DNA of 63,552 nucleotides, filler included, from Octopus bimaculoides (lineage: Eukaryota): NCBI RefSeq assembly GCF_001194135.2. It is 7 parts of 7 records of this genome, joined end to end, with 100 filler letters (N's around TTAATTAATTAA, not from the genome) between each part and the next. Parts side by side here need not be neighbours in the genome. Positions count along the whole stretch, not along the records: positions 24,316 to 43,399 come from NC_069001.1; 6 more parts are not named here. The stretch is one strand, 5' to 3'. This document shows, in pieces, positions 26,213-40,096 of the stretch (positions within the stretch are counted from its first letter, which is position 1; each line of letters starts with the position of its first letter). Both the position numbers and the translations under genes were made by a program. The notes below the pieces were generated by a model, which saw nothing but the letters and a program-made list of their open reading frames with translations, had not been told where the DNA came from and did not search any database.

Positions 26213-27699
26213 ATGGCCATGGGAACAAGAATGGGCCCAACTATGCGAACCTGTTCGGTGGCTACGTTGAGGCCCAAATATTCTCAAGATTCACTGGTCC
26301 CACTCCCAAACTATACAATCGTTATATTGACGACTGTATCGGTGCGACCTCACTCTCCCGTAAACAACTAGACTCCTTCCTCTCTTTTGTCAAATCTTTC
26401 CATCCTGCCCTCCACTTCTCCTGCACTATTTCCAACACTTCCATTGCCTTTTGTGACCTTTCAGTCAGCATTCATCACTCCACTCTCACCACCTCCATCC
26501 ACTACAAACACACCGACTCACACTCATACCTCGACTTCTCCTCCTCCCACCCTAAACACACCAAGCTCTCCATCCTCTACTCCCAATTCCTCCGTCTGTG
26601 CAGGCTCTGTAGTGACAACCATGACTTTGGGACTCAGTCTCAATACATGGCTTGCCACTTGGTTCATCATGGATGTCCCCTCACCACTATCTACACCGCC
26701 CTTGCCAGATCATGTTCCGTGGACCGTGCGTCTGCTTTCTCTCCCTGCACACACCCTGCTGTCACTCGTCTCCCATTTCCCCTCNNNNNNNNNNACTCCA
26801 CTCTCACCACCTCCATCCACTACAAACACACCGACTCACACTCATACCTCGACTTCTCCTCCTCCCACCCTAAACACACCAAGCTCTCCATCCTCTACTC
26901 CCAATTCCTCCGTCTGTGCAGGCTCTGTAGTGACAACCATGACTTTGGGACTCAGTCTCAATACATGGCTTGCCACTTGGTTCATCATGGATGTCCCCTC
27001 ACCACTATCTACACCGCCCTTGCCAGATCATGTTCCGTGGACCGTGCGTCTGCTTTCTCTCCCTGCACCCACCCTGCTGTCACTCGTCTCCCATTTCCCC
27101 TCCCCTGCCACCCCTCTACTCTACTTTTCCAATGCACCATTCTCTGAGGCTTCCAGCAACTCCAGTTCGAATCCTCCACTTAGCACATCTTCCCTAACCT
27201 ACCCCTTCCCTCCTTCAAATGAACCGACAACCTATGTGACCTCCTGGTCCACAGTTTCTTCCTTAACCCCACATACCAGTCCAGCTTGTTCCCCTAATCC
27301 CACCAATGCTGTCACACTTGCCCCTACCTCTCCAACACCACCATCCTCACGGGCACCCATCATCGACCCTATCATATCACTGACTCCTTTACCTGCATTT
27401 CTAGCAACGTCATTTACTGCATCTCCTGCTCTCTCTGTCCTTCTCTGTATATTGGTCAAATGGGACGCTGTTTGGCTGACCAGTTCACGGAACACCTCCA
27501 AGACATCAGACTTGGCAATGACACCCTGGTCTCGTGCCATTTCCACTCTACTGCCCATTCTTTAATACACCTGTCTGTGTTTGGATTGTTCTTGCATAGG
27601 GGCCATCCTGACTCCCATCTTCACTGTGAGCAGGAATTAATCTTCCCTCTTAGGGCCTTTTCACCATATGGGTTCAACTCCCCTTCCCTCTTCATCTAA
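26213..27699 (+). mobile_element. Penelope-like element (Neptune-like lineage), 5'-truncated, RT plus GIY-YIG endonuclease, frameshifted
   Basis: RT: AMGTRMGP.YANLF, RYIDDCIGA, YKHTDSHSYLDFSSSHP, SQFLRLCRLCSD. Endonuclease: FTCISSNVIYCISCSLCPSLYIGQMGRCL..EHLQDIR. About 300 bp is duplicated across the 10-N gap as an assembly artefact. Confidence 0.92.
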
Positions 27700-29589
27700 C
27701 TTCCTCCTGTCTTCTCTTTTCCTCTCACACCTACTTCTTCTCTTCACTCCCACCCACTTCTCTTCTCCTCTCTTGCTCTGACATCAACTTCCTCTCTTCA
27801 CTCCTACCCACCTTCTCCCTTCCATCCTCTCCCTTCATCGATACCCCTCCATTGTTACCCCACCCTACACATCCCAACCCTACCATCCCTATATATCCCC
27901 ATCCCACCCACNNNNNNNNNNNNNNNNNNNNNNNNNNNNNNNNNNNNNNNNNNNNNNNNNNNNNNNNNNNNNNNNNNNNNNNNNNNNNNNNNNNNNNNNN
28001 NNNNNNNNNNNNNNNNNNNNNNNNNNNNNNNNNNNNNNNNNNNNNNNNNNNNNNNNNNNNNNNNNNNNNNNNNNNNNNNNNNNNNNNNNNNNNNNNNNNN
28101 NNNNNNNNNNNNNNNNNNNNNNNNNNNNNNNNNNNNNNNNNNNNNNNNNNNNNNNNNNNNNNNNNNNNNNNNNNNNNNNNNNNNNNNNNNNNNNNNNNNN
28201 NNNNNNNNNNNNNNNNNNNNNNNNNNNNNNNNNNNNNNNNNNNNNNNNNNNNNNNNNNNNNNNNNNNNNNNNNNNNNNNNNNNNNNNNNNNNNNNNNNNN
28301 NNNNNNNNNNNNNNNNNNNNNNNNNNNNNNNNNNNNNNNNNNNNNNNNNNNNNNNNNNNNNNNNNNNNNNNNNNNNNNNNNNNNNNNNNNNNNNNNNNNN
28401 NNNNNNNNNNNNNNNNNNNNNNNNNNNNNNNNNNNNNNNNNNNNNNNNNNNNNNNNNNNNNNNNNNNNNNNNNNNNNNNNNNNNNNNNNNNNNNNNNNNN
28501 NNNNNNNNNNNNNNNNNNNNNNNNNNNNNNNNNNNNNNNNNNNNNNNNNNNNNNNNNNNNNNNNNNNNNNNNNNNNNNNNNNNNNNNNNNNNNNNNNNNN
28601 NNNNNNNNNNNNNNNNNNNNNNNNNNNNNNNNNNNNNNNNNNNNNNNNNNNNNNNNNNNNNNNNNNNNNNNNNNNNNNNNNNNNNNNNNNNNNNNNNNNN
28701 NNNNNNNNNNNNNNNNNNNNNNNNTATATATATATATATATATATACACATATATATGTATATATATCTCATATTCTACTTACATTTCTGTTGATGTACC
28801 TGCCTACTCTAACATACAGATAAATAAACCAAATAACTAAAAAAAAGACCTAAATGATTGTGCCCCAGCATGGCCTCACCCTTTGGGCTGCTACAAATAA
28901 AATGGTAAAAGTAACATCCACAGCTATTTACTAAGGTTATTTCACTTGATTTAACTATGTGTTGATTTGTCTAGCCATCAGTCTTTCCATCTTCTAACCA
29001 TCAATGAATCTATCTATCCACAGATACATCAGTGGATTGAAGATATAGAAACGGTTGAACATTAAAGCCTGTAAAAACTAAACTTTTATTTTTATTGTTT
29101 GTCACATACTTTCCACTCCTGCGTTCCTTAGTGTATTGATATATAGATTTTATTCTACATATAGCTTGCACTTCATAGCATTCTCCAAATTTTCCTCCTA
29201 TACATAAATGACCTACTTTGCCTTCACTTCCAATAGCACCCATTCCTACATTTCACCCTTCTCTGACCTTCTGCACCTAAGCTTCATCCAGATGCAGCCT
29301 AGACTTCTCACAAAGTCCACACTTACTGTGTGAACTAAGATTTTGGAAACATCCTCCAATAAGGTCGCGCCAATCTTGTCTGCTTCAATAATACAATGAC
29401 ACTGTCACTACACATATAAAAAAATTACTATTGCACACCAACCATCCACCCACCCACATAAAGCATGAACAGCATGCACCCTTAAGTTCACAAAGAATGT
29501 TAGACCTCACTGAGGACCTCACTTGAGGAAGCACATACTTTATAGAGCAAAGACTGAATCACAACAACTTGTCTTCTTTTTTTGTCAGA

Positions 29590-30437
29590 AAACACATCAT
29601 CTTCTTCAAGTATTAACCCAATTGTTTTTGACTATGTTCTATGCATTTCCTTAGATGGTATGGAGGAAAAGGGATTCCTTTTGAAACTCTGCCAGAGCAG
29701 TCAGCATTGTGCTCAATATTTAACTGATCTTGACTTTGCTGACGATCTTGCTTTGATATCCCATTGTATTAAAAATGCAGAATCTTTGTTACAAGCACTG
29801 GAGAAAGCAGCAAACCAGGTCGGCCTTTACTGCAATGAGAGTAAGACAGAGTTTATCACAACCTCCTCCAAGTTAACTGAAATTTCTTGGATTACACATA
29901 GTAGACTCCCAAAAAGACTTTCGCATCTGCAAAGCTCTTGCTTGGGATGCATGTAACAGACTTGATAAGATCTGGCACTCAAATCTTCCATCCACATTAA
30001 AAGTTAATATATTTAGAACACTGATTGAGCCGGTCCTTCTCTATGGATCAGAGACATTGGCTCTCTTAGAAAAACAGCTAGATGGAACATATACCAACCT
30101 GCTCAGAAAGATACAGAACATCAGTTGGAGATCACACCCAACACTTAGTAACATCTACGGAAATCTGATATCAATATCCCTCAAGCTAAAATAGAAATGG
30201 CTACAATTTGCTGGCCTCTGTCATCGAGCAGAGAAAGAAGTTATCTCATCCCTGCTCCTATGGCATCCCTCTGGAAGTGTTTTCTCCAGGAAACTGACAT
30301 TTCCAGATACTACATCTCAGGACTTATAGCTGGATATTAGAGATCTGAGCACAGCAATGCAGGACTGTGTAGAGTGGAAAGGGATTGTCAATGGAGTTCC
30401 GACCAACTATAGGTTGGTTGAAGGATGATGATGATGA
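29590..30437 (+). mobile_element. RTE-clade (RTEX-like) LINE 3' portion, RT relic with (GAT)n tail
   Basis: QYLTDLDFADDLALIS...LEKAANQVGLYCNESKTE, IEPVLLYGSET, ...AMQDCVEWKGIV, followed by gatgatgatga. Confidence 0.88.
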
Positions 30438-32143
30438 ACCCAAACAACGCTTAAGTGAGATTGCAATGGTTAGCTGCTCAAATGTCACAAACCATGCTGC
30501 TGATACTCACAAACATTCTAAACTATAACACAAGCCACTCCACTGACTGACATGAACTCACTTTACTAACACATACCAGCCTCTGTCCTACAGGTGTGGT
30601 GTACTTATCTACCTTCTTTCCCACTAATACAGTGGTCTCTGTTCATCATACATTAGCCTCAGGCCATCTCCAAGCACTTGTGGAGATCTCCACTCATGTC
30701 TTCTTATGTCATCCAGTGTTTGATCCTTATCACACTAACCACTACACTCTCTTTTCCATCCTTAGAATTCTTTTACTGAACATCATGTTTTCTTGCAGCT
30801 GTCAATTTTGAAGTATTCAGCAGGAATGCTTTTCACTTCATCTCCCTAGTTTCAGAGAGTTAGCAAAGGTCACAGATACCTTTGTTAGCTCTCTGAAACA
30901 TCACAAAGAAAACTTCTTTTTCAATCACAAATGCACATACCATGATGGTATGAATTCAAAAATTAGACAAAGAATAAACTTAACAAAATGGAACTACAGC
31001 AGCTCCACAATGAAATTGTTTAAAAGCATAAAAAACAAAACCAGTTACAGTATCATGTTCGACATAGTGGATTTTTATTAATTCATTTCTAAACTTCAAA
31101 ATTAACCATAACCTGTACCAAAACAAAAAAAACCCCAAAAAACTAAGGCACCACATATGTAAAGAAACATGGAAATAAGCTCTTTGGTTTACCCTTGACA
31201 GAATTTCAATGGTGCTGAAGTCTCAGCATCAATTAGTTTATTTATCCCAAACACTCAAAGAAGATCACTCCTAACTAGCATAATTTTATAAGGAGAGAGG
31301 ATTAAGTGTCTTCCAAAATATAGATTACCATAACAAGGACAAGTTTAGTAAAAGAAACCAATTAGCATATCCAAAGAATTCAACATAAGACTCTGTAACC
31401 ACTTTATTTCTGTAACCATAGAAATAACGAATTTTTTACTTTTCAGAGTAAACTTATAGACAGGTAAAAACAACTCTTACCAAGATACAAAAAAGAGCAA
31501 TCAGTATATATATCAACCAAGATTCACCCACTTTTTCAAATTCATACAAAACCTGGGAGATAATATTGTTTGGAGAAAACCAAATGTATCATGTGAAAGG
31601 GAAATATTCAACAGGGTGGCCTTATAATTCTGCATTATCATCAATAGTCAAAAATTACAGAACATAGATATCTTTCATGGAAAGAGTTAAACATAAGAAG
31701 ATGAAAATCATTAGACACAATCTTCCATTCAAAATTAATGTTATAGCAAATATAGCACAGATCTTCTTATCACTGCTAAATATAAATTTATCCATGACAC
31801 AGATTTACCATAAGATCTTTGGACCAAGTGACTATGAAGTAAGTATTTTAACAACACAGCCATACAAGCATGTTTATATATGTGCGTGTGTGTGTGCATG
31901 TGTGGTGTGTGTGTGTGTGTGTGTGTGGTGTGTGTGTGTGAGTATCTGTGTGTGTGTGTATTTATGCACACACATACACACATGTATCCAGCCATAGAAA
32001 ATATTCCTCATTAAACTCTATCCAGCCCATGCAACCATGGATAAGTAGCTGTTTAAATGATGATGATGATGATACATACATACATGCATACATACATACA
32101 TACATATATATATATATTTGTATGTATACATAAATGCATGTAC

Positions 32144-32191
<48 letters not shown>

Positions 32192-33007
32192 NNNNNNNNN
32201 NNNNNNNNNNNNNNNNNNNNNNNNNNNNNNNNNNNNNNNNNNNNNNNNNNNNNNNNNNNNNNNNNNNNNNNNNNNNNNNNNNNNNNNNNNNNNNNNNNNN
32301 NNNNNNNNNNNNNNNNNNNNNNNNNNNNNNNNNNNNNNNNNNNNNNNNNNNNNNNNNNNNNNNNNNNNNNNNNNNNNNNNNNNNNNNNNNNNNNNNNNNN
32401 NNNNNNNNNNNNNNNNNNNNNNNNNNNNNNNNNNNNNNNNNNNNNNNNNNNNNNNNNNNNNNNNNNNNNNNNNNNNNNNNNNNNNNNNNNNAATATATAT
32501 AAATAAACAGAATTCTCACCTCACCAAAAACGAACAACTACGTATCCGACAGAGTAAAGGGAATGAAGTTTATCTGTATACATCTTCATCAAAGAAGCGG
32601 GAAATACTTCCGGGTTGTTTTTGGGTACCCATGTGAAGACAGGAATAAAAAATTCCAACATTGAATGTATTCCGTGTATATATTTGATAAGTAAATTCAA
32701 AAAAGGATAAAACTCTTTTACAAGAATTTTATCAAGAAGCCAGTGTGTAAAAAAATTCATAAGGGAAATTTCTATTCCCAAGAATATAATTATTCGTTTA
32801 TATTTATATAAAGGGCATTATTACAGAAATATAATAACGCCACACAGTGGACTTCTCAAAATAACCACATTTAGTACCTCATGCGTATATATATACATAT
32901 ATATATACATGTATGTATGTATGTATATATATATAAATATTAAGATTTCTAAATCTCTCTAAAGCAGACTACAGCAGCGGTACTGGGTACATATATATAT
33001 ACATATA

Positions 33008-33043
<36 letters not shown>

Positions 33044-33064
33044 TATATATATATAAATATTAAG

Positions 33065-33396
33065 ATTTCTAAATCTCTCTAAAGGAGACTACAGCAGCGG
33101 TACTGAGTATTAATAGTTATTGCAAAGCTAGCATGGCAGTCCAGGAAAATAGGACAAATGCTCCCATTGATGAGCTCCAAGAGACCATCACCTCTAGCTA
33201 GCTATGTGATACACAAACCTGTGTCCATTATAACCTTCGAACAGGGGAGGTCAGCAGCTTCTCCTTGCTGGTTTGACATCCACAGACTAGTTTCGGGGTA
33301 GTTGCCCCTTATCAATGTGGAGTAGCTGAATCCAGCAGGCATCACTGCTGACCATCTGTTACCTAAATTCAGTCTCCTTTAAAGAGATTTAGAAAT
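33065..33396. mobile_element. short element bounded by 26-bp terminal inverted repeats (MITE-like)
   Basis: ATTTCTAAATCTCTCTAAAGGAGACT (33065-33090) matches the reverse complement of 33371-33396 at 25 of 26 positions. Confidence 0.65.
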
Positions 33397-33509
33397 AAAC
33401 TGTTGTCTAAATTACGCAAAAGTGAAGATAACACTGACATCTTATTTTAAGAGATATATTTACAAAATTACATAAAAACATCTTGAAATGCTAAAGAGTA
33501 AATTTATTT

Positions 33510-33783
33510 TAAGATATCGCCATTGGCTCTGACCATAGCCTCCACATGACTTTGGAATCTTCTGTAACTCTTCTGTATGATCTCCTTGCTTAAGTTGGTG
33601 AATGCTGCCATAATACTTGCCTTCAGTTCATCTTTGATGTTACAAGGAGTTTTATTGGTCTCTTGTTCAACTGTGTCCCAAACATAATAATCAAGGGGGT
33701 TGCAGTCTGGGGAGTTAGGTGGCCAGATGTTAGGGGTGATGTGATCGCAGAAATTGTCTGACAGCTATGACTGGGTTCTCCCG
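33510..33783 (-). mobile_element. Tc1/mariner-superfamily transposase C-terminal relic
   Basis: DHITPNIWPPNSPDCNPLDYYVWDTVEQETNKTPCNIKDELKASI...MVRANGDI carries the WPP.SPD.NP.D motif. Confidence 0.9.
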
Positions 33784-34404
33784 NNNNNNNNNNTGTGTGT
33801 GTGTGTGTGTGTGTGTGGTTGGGTCGTTGATGATCTCTTTCAAGCATATTGGATGTCCACCTAGTGGTCATCCCTTATACACGTGTAATACAATTTTTTC
33901 CGAATTTTCAGATTTTTTTATATGCCAAGCCACTTGGTTTTAAATTGAATTAATATTCAATTTATCACCCTATCTATATAAATAATAATTTAAATAGTTA
34001 TGTTCTCCAGCCAGCAACATATACTGCAGTGAATTATTCTCTGCAGAATTGTTTCCGGAATTTGGCGTGCCAGAGCTGAGGCATTTTGAAAAATAACTCC
34101 AATGTAATCGGTAGAACTGTATGCAAGTCTTATTTCATGAAGATAATTCGTGTATAGTTCTGCAAATTATATTGATTCTAGAAAGGTTGTGCTGACAAGA
34201 ACATGGATGTTGTTACATAAGTAAAACATTAATGTTCGAAACTGCAGTACACATCTAATTCTTTATTCTGTATATTTCTCATTTTGTCCTGTTCTGGTGT
34301 TTTTGCGGAATTTTTCTGGAGAACATTATTTTCCTTTGTGGTTGGGTCGTTGATGACCTCTTTCTAGCATATTGGATGTCCACCTAGTGGTCATCCCTTA
34401 TATA

Positions 34405-35745
34405 CAGTGATCCCACATAACAAAGGACTTCTGGCACTTAAACACTTCCTAAACCTTTGGCCTGACCCTCAACCTAACACCACACTTCTTCGTCTGGCAG
34501 AACATGTCCTCTCCCTCAACTGCCTCTCATTTGTGGAGGGGGAGTTTTACCTACAAGTCTCAGGAGTTTATATATGCAAACAAGAATGGACCCCAACTAT
34601 GCAAACCTGTTTGTTGGCTACAGTGAGGCCCAGATATTCTCACAATTCACTGTTCCCACTCCCGAGCTATATGGTTTGTATATCAATGACTGTATCGATA
34701 TGGCAAACTACTGGACTCCTTCCTCTCCTTTGTCCAATCCTTTCATCCTGCCCTCGAATTCTCCTGCACTATCTCTAACTCTTCCATCAAATTTCTTGAC
34801 ATTTCTGTCAGCATACACCACTTCGCTCTCACTACCTCCATCCACTACAAACACACCGAGTCACACTCCTACTTTAACCTCTCCTCCTCTCACCCTACCC
34901 ACACCAAGATCTTCATCCCCTACTCCTAATTCCTCCATCTACGCAGGCTCTGCAGTGGCGACCATGACTTTGAAACTCAGTCTCAACTCATGGCTCACCA
35001 CTTCCTCCTACGTGGATATCCCTCACCATTACCTACACTGCCCTTGTCCACAATTCGTGGACCGTGCCTCTGCTCTTTCTCCTCACACCTGCCCCACCTT
35101 TACCCGTCTCCAGTTTACCCTCACCTACCAGCCCTCCACCCTATCCCTCTAATGCACCATTCTCCAAGCCTTCCAGTGACTCCAGTCCAACCCTTCCACC
35201 TTGCACATCTTTCCTAACTTCCTCTTCCCTCTTTCAAACAAACCCATAACCTGCATGACCTCTTGGTCTACAGTTTTTTCCCTACCCCTGCCTCTCAGCT
35301 TGGATCCTTCCCCTGCTCTCACCCATTCCATTGCACCTCTCCCTATCTCTCCAGCACCACCATCCTCGCAGGCACCCATCACTATCTCTATCACATCACC
35401 GACTCCTTTACCTGTACCTCTAGTAATGTTATTTACTGCATCTCCTGCTTTCTCTGCCTTTCCTTGTACATTGGTCAAACAGGATGCCACTTGGTTAACC
35501 AGTTTGTGGAGCATGTCCAAGACATCAGACTCAGCAGTAACACCTCGGTCTCATGCCATTTCTGCTCTACCAGTCATTTACTACAACATCTGTCTGTGTT
35601 CAGACTATCTCTGCACAGGGGCCACTCAGATTCCTGCCTTCGCCATGAACAGGAATTAATCTTCTCTTCGTTACTTTGTGCCACATGGACTCAGCTCACC
35701 TCCTCTCTTCATCTGACACCAACCTCACCTCCTCTCTTCATTTGA
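34405..35745 (+). mobile_element. second Neptune-like PLE copy, more decayed
   Basis: IPHNKGLLALKHFL, MDPNYANLFVGYSEAQIFSQF, SFTCTSSNVIYCISCFLCLSLYIGQTG. Colinear with 26213-27699. Confidence 0.9.
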
Positions 35746-36269
35746 CACCAATCCCACATGGATTCCCACTCACCTCCCACATTCAACTGCCCTCTCCACC
35801 TATGTACCTGCATACCGCCCACCTTGGTACCCTCACCCATATGCACCAATATACACACTGTTCAGCTCATTACTCACTTCACACACCATTACACACACAT
35901 CCACAACACCTCCCCAATCCACATACACTTCTCAGCAGGCACACCACACACATCATCCACACACCCACACATAATCTTCAATAGTGTCATCACACGTACC
36001 ACTATATGAGCAGCTGCACACACTGTTTAACTCCATACCACACACCATCATGCACACTCCTACACCTACACAAGCACATAATATCTGAACACAGACAATA
36101 TATACACACACGTGCAACACACAGACAAAGATAATCTTTGCCCACATACACTATATACATGCACACTATTTAGTCACAGTGACATACACACACACACGTG
36201 CACACACCACATGAAAAAGCACACATCAATTGCTACACACAACACACACATGCACATGTTACACATGCA

Positions 36270-37625
36270 TATACGCATCTTGAAAGTCTTCCAAAAATTC
36301 TATTAACGATCTTCTCATTCGTTCACAGAATAGACAAGGATTCCTTGGAGCAGAGTCAGCATCTCCTGGAAATGATATTATGTGGTTTTGTGTGCCTTAC
36401 TATGGATCATGTTATGTTATATTTAATTCTATCTTCCTTAAGTCACCACACAAAATCAGCCAAAGATGTTGAATGTATCTTATGGATTTTCTTGAAGCTG
36501 GCAACATGGTTGTGATAACAATTCCTGAATGAATCAGCCATTGCCCTAATATAAACATATGGCTCTCTCTTTGTGTACATGGTACATTTTTCTCTGCATG
36601 AGACTTTATTATATCTATTTGTATTTATGGCAGTTCTGACTTCATTTTCCAATGTTGTTACTGTGTTTGCTATATCACAATGACTTCTACTATCACAATC
36701 TGGTGCTTTTCATTGCGGTTTACATTTCCTTTGTTGGTACTTTGATGCATATGTTTCTTAGTTCCAGTAGGTGGGTTATTGAGCTATTGCTTCATTTTAC
36801 TATTATTTATGCAGTGCATATGCTGCTTTAAATTGATAGAGTTGGTGTAAGATACCTTCACAGTGTATCTATCAAAAATAGCATGGTATCTGTTAGATTT
36901 AGGGAAACATTTGTCTAAAGAAGCAAAAAAATTCCTAGCAATCATGGTTGAAACATGTGACCCGAAGATTGAGTTGTACCAGAGGGCATCATGATTCCTA
37001 TATTGCTGCTTGGCTTATTCGTTCTAGTGTGTTGTACAGGATTGGAAGAATTTACTGTGATATAAGCAGTAGAATTATTATGTTGTGCATGTCTATGAGT
37101 TCTATTGCCTTGACCAATTCTTTCTAGCTGGTATTCTTGATCTGAGTCAGTTTGCATACCAGTTCGCTGTGTCGGTGTACAGTGTGTGTTATTAATGGAG
37201 GAATTGGCAGGGTTATGTATGCTTGTGACTTGTATGTAATGTATTTTCTCATGGTATCCAGCCCTAACTAAAGCAGTATTGTAATATGGTGCATGTGAGT
37301 CAAAAATGTTTTTATTTGCAGATCACCTAAAAATTGTTGTAGAAATATTCTTAACTAATCCCTGTATTATTGAGGGTGGATGGTTGGATGCTATGTTTAT
37401 ATACTTAATATTATTATTTGGTTTATGAAATAGTTCAAATAATCCAGTATCAAGGCAGAAGGTAGTGTCAAGGAAATTTACTTTATGATAATTCGTTCCT
37501 AAATTGAGTCCTAAATTTTTTGAAATCTAAAGAAATGTTTCCTGTGCCTTTCAAGTTGTACTCTACAATGTCTGTCCAGGAAGAATAGGGCTTCATCCCT
37601 ATATAGACCTCATGTGAATTCCGGA
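36270..37625 (-). mobile_element. Penelope/Poseidon-type PLE relic (RT plus GIY-YIG)
   Basis: GLYRDEAL...QLERHRK, KPNNNIKYINIASNHPPSII, SANKNIFDSHAPYYNTALVRAGY, YIRAMADSFRNCYHNHVASFKK..HSTSLADFVW, C*LCSKESLSI. Confidence 0.85.
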
Positions 37626-37669
37626 AAGGAAAACTGAATCAATTAGATATATATGTAGTGAAACTACCT

Positions 37670-37910
37670 CCCGCCATTAGATACAAACTACTATCGCCAT
37701 TACATACAATCTTCTCATTTAAATATAAATAAATGCAAGCGTAGTAGAGAACCCATTCCTTGTCATCACGTGACTGATCATTATTCGAATCGGCAACTTC
37801 TTCGAACCGTTCCCGCCAGAACGCAAACTGACCAATCACAGCCCTTAATAAGGTCACATGATAGAGTATATTTCTGCTATCTGGTGAGCCCCCTTAACGC
37901 TATAAATAGA
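37670..37910. promoter_or_regulatory. promoter-like motif cluster
   Basis: CpG-richer island with TCACGTGAC (37766-37774), CCAAT (37832-37836), GTCACATGA (37853-37861), TATAAATA (37901-37908), and two CGCCAT (ATGGCG on the minus strand) at 37672-37677 and 37695-37700. Confidence 0.4.
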
Positions 37911-39149
37911 TCAACTCATACCCACCAAATTGTCTCGGTCCAGTTTCTCTTTGAGAACTGTTCCGTGTACCACNNNNNNNNNNNNNNNNNNNNNNNNNNN
38001 NNNNNNNNNNNNNNNNNNNNNNNNNNNNNNNNNNNNNNNNNNNNNNNNNNNNNNNNNNNNNNNNNNNNNNNNNNNNNNNNNNNNNNNNNNNNNNNNNNNN
38101 NNNNNNNNNNNNNNNNNNNNNNNNNNNNNNNNNNNNNNNNNNNNNNNNNNNNNNNNNNNNNNNNNNNNNNNNNNNNNNNNNNNNNNNNNNNNNNNNNNNN
38201 NNNNNNNNNNNNNNNNNNNNNNNNNNNNNNNNNNNNNNNNNNNNNNNNNNNNNNNNNNNNNNNNNNNNNNNNNNNNNNNNNNNNNNNNNNNNNNNNNNAC
38301 TCACACACATGTATCACTCACATACACACTTTTCTTTGTACGACGGCCTGTCTTTGATCATGTTCTTATATGTCGCATTCACACTCTCACACAGACATAC
38401 ATCTTTAACGCTACAATAAATATCTCTGTTATTCATCTAATACGGTTGTGGTCTTTCATTACTGGTCATCTATGTTATCGTAGCATAACATATTATGTAT
38501 ATCACCTTTGATATATATTTTGTGTTCGACCGTGTGACACGTTTAAATAAAAGGAGTCCTCTGTTTTTCCATTCGTCACCATTTCTCCTTTTTTGAGTAC
38601 ACACGGTCGTCCCTTACATATATACTCCAACTAAGTCTGTTTGTATGTGTGCGTGTGTGTGTGTATATTAATATATTAATGTTTGTTTTTATGTCAAATT
38701 ACAGTGATCCCATGACTACCCCAGGAGTTACGTTCCACAACCTCCCACGATAGGTGAAAATCCACAAAGTAGAAACAGTACTGTACAGTATATTTTTTAA
38801 ATTATTTTTATAATTTGTGTGTACTTATTCTATTATAAACGCAAAACAACACCCTGGAGGTATTGACATAAGCTTAAATAATAAACCATGATATGTGAAC
38901 CGCAATAGGTGAACTGCAATAGGTGAACCGTAATATGTCAAGGGATTACTGTATAATTGAAACAATTTAACATTAAACTGAAGGATTATTCAATTTTAGT
39001 AGAGTACATTTTTATTAACCTTTACAAGAAAAAGGTTGACACTAAGTTTGAAGTGTCAACCCACGCCCTGCAAACATATACTCTCCTCCTACCCTCCTCT
39101 ATTCCCTTTACCTACACAACTACATCCTCTCTTTGCCTACACTACACCT

Positions 39150-39700
39150 AATTACCATCACATTACTCCATCTATCAAAAAATATCTCACAACTAACTAA
39201 TTAAAATAAACTGTAATTACGACCACCAAATTATAACTATGAAAAACTTTTAGAATATAAAAACCAAAACCACACATCTAACCCCATCACTTGCAACTAT
39301 AACATTCCTCCACCATGTCCTCTTAACAGAAATTGCTTCACAAGTAACATTAAAGGGTATCAGTAATCACAAACACTAACATTCCAACCACAGCCACATA
39401 TGTAAGGTCATCATAAATGTTCAAAACACAGTGCCACTAATACACAAAAACACATTTCACAACCCAAACAGGAAAAATGACACTTTACTATCTAAACATG
39501 TAGGTACCCTAAAGTTTGAAAATATCCCAGTTAGCATTAATTGGAAAATATTTTCCTATGTACAACTATACCAAGCTAGCAACAAGTCATGCCAACTCTG
39601 AAGTGCTAAATCCTACTTTAAAATCAAATATGAACAATAACTCTGAGTTAGTTCCTTCCTGCAAACACAAAACCTTCAAAACTTTAAGACATTTAAGACC
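39150..39700 (+). mobile_element. Penelope/Poseidon-type PLE endonuclease relic
   Basis: CPLNRNCFTSNI ... NDTLLSKHVGTLKFENIPVSINWKIFSYVQLYQASNKSCQL ... NSELVPSCKHK, with frameshifts. Confidence 0.75.
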
Positions 39701-40061
39701 TATAAATTTTTCCAATCTCTCCCTCTCTTCTCCTTTCCCTACCATAAATAATCCTAGATTCAAAATAGGAACTTTCTGATAACAACAAGTACTATAGCTT
39801 TCCATTCAACATTATTCACTACAGTTATCTAAATCTACATTTACATATATGGTCATATGTATGTGTTTGTAGTTACATACACATACATATATACACATAT
39901 ATTTTTACACACACACACATACACACATATGCATACATATGTAGTTAATTAAGCTTGGATCGAAACAATTGTGATTAATAAAAAATCTTGTAAATTCCAT
40001 TTTGTTTCTCTCATCTGTTATATATCCATACAAATATATACATACATACACACACACACAC

Positions 40062-40096
<35 letters not shown>

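Noticed and set aside
26480-27099. Apparent 300-bp tandem duplication inside the PLE RT
   Set aside because: The copies flank a 10-N gap and differ at about one base, which fits unmerged overlapping contig ends or two haplotypes.
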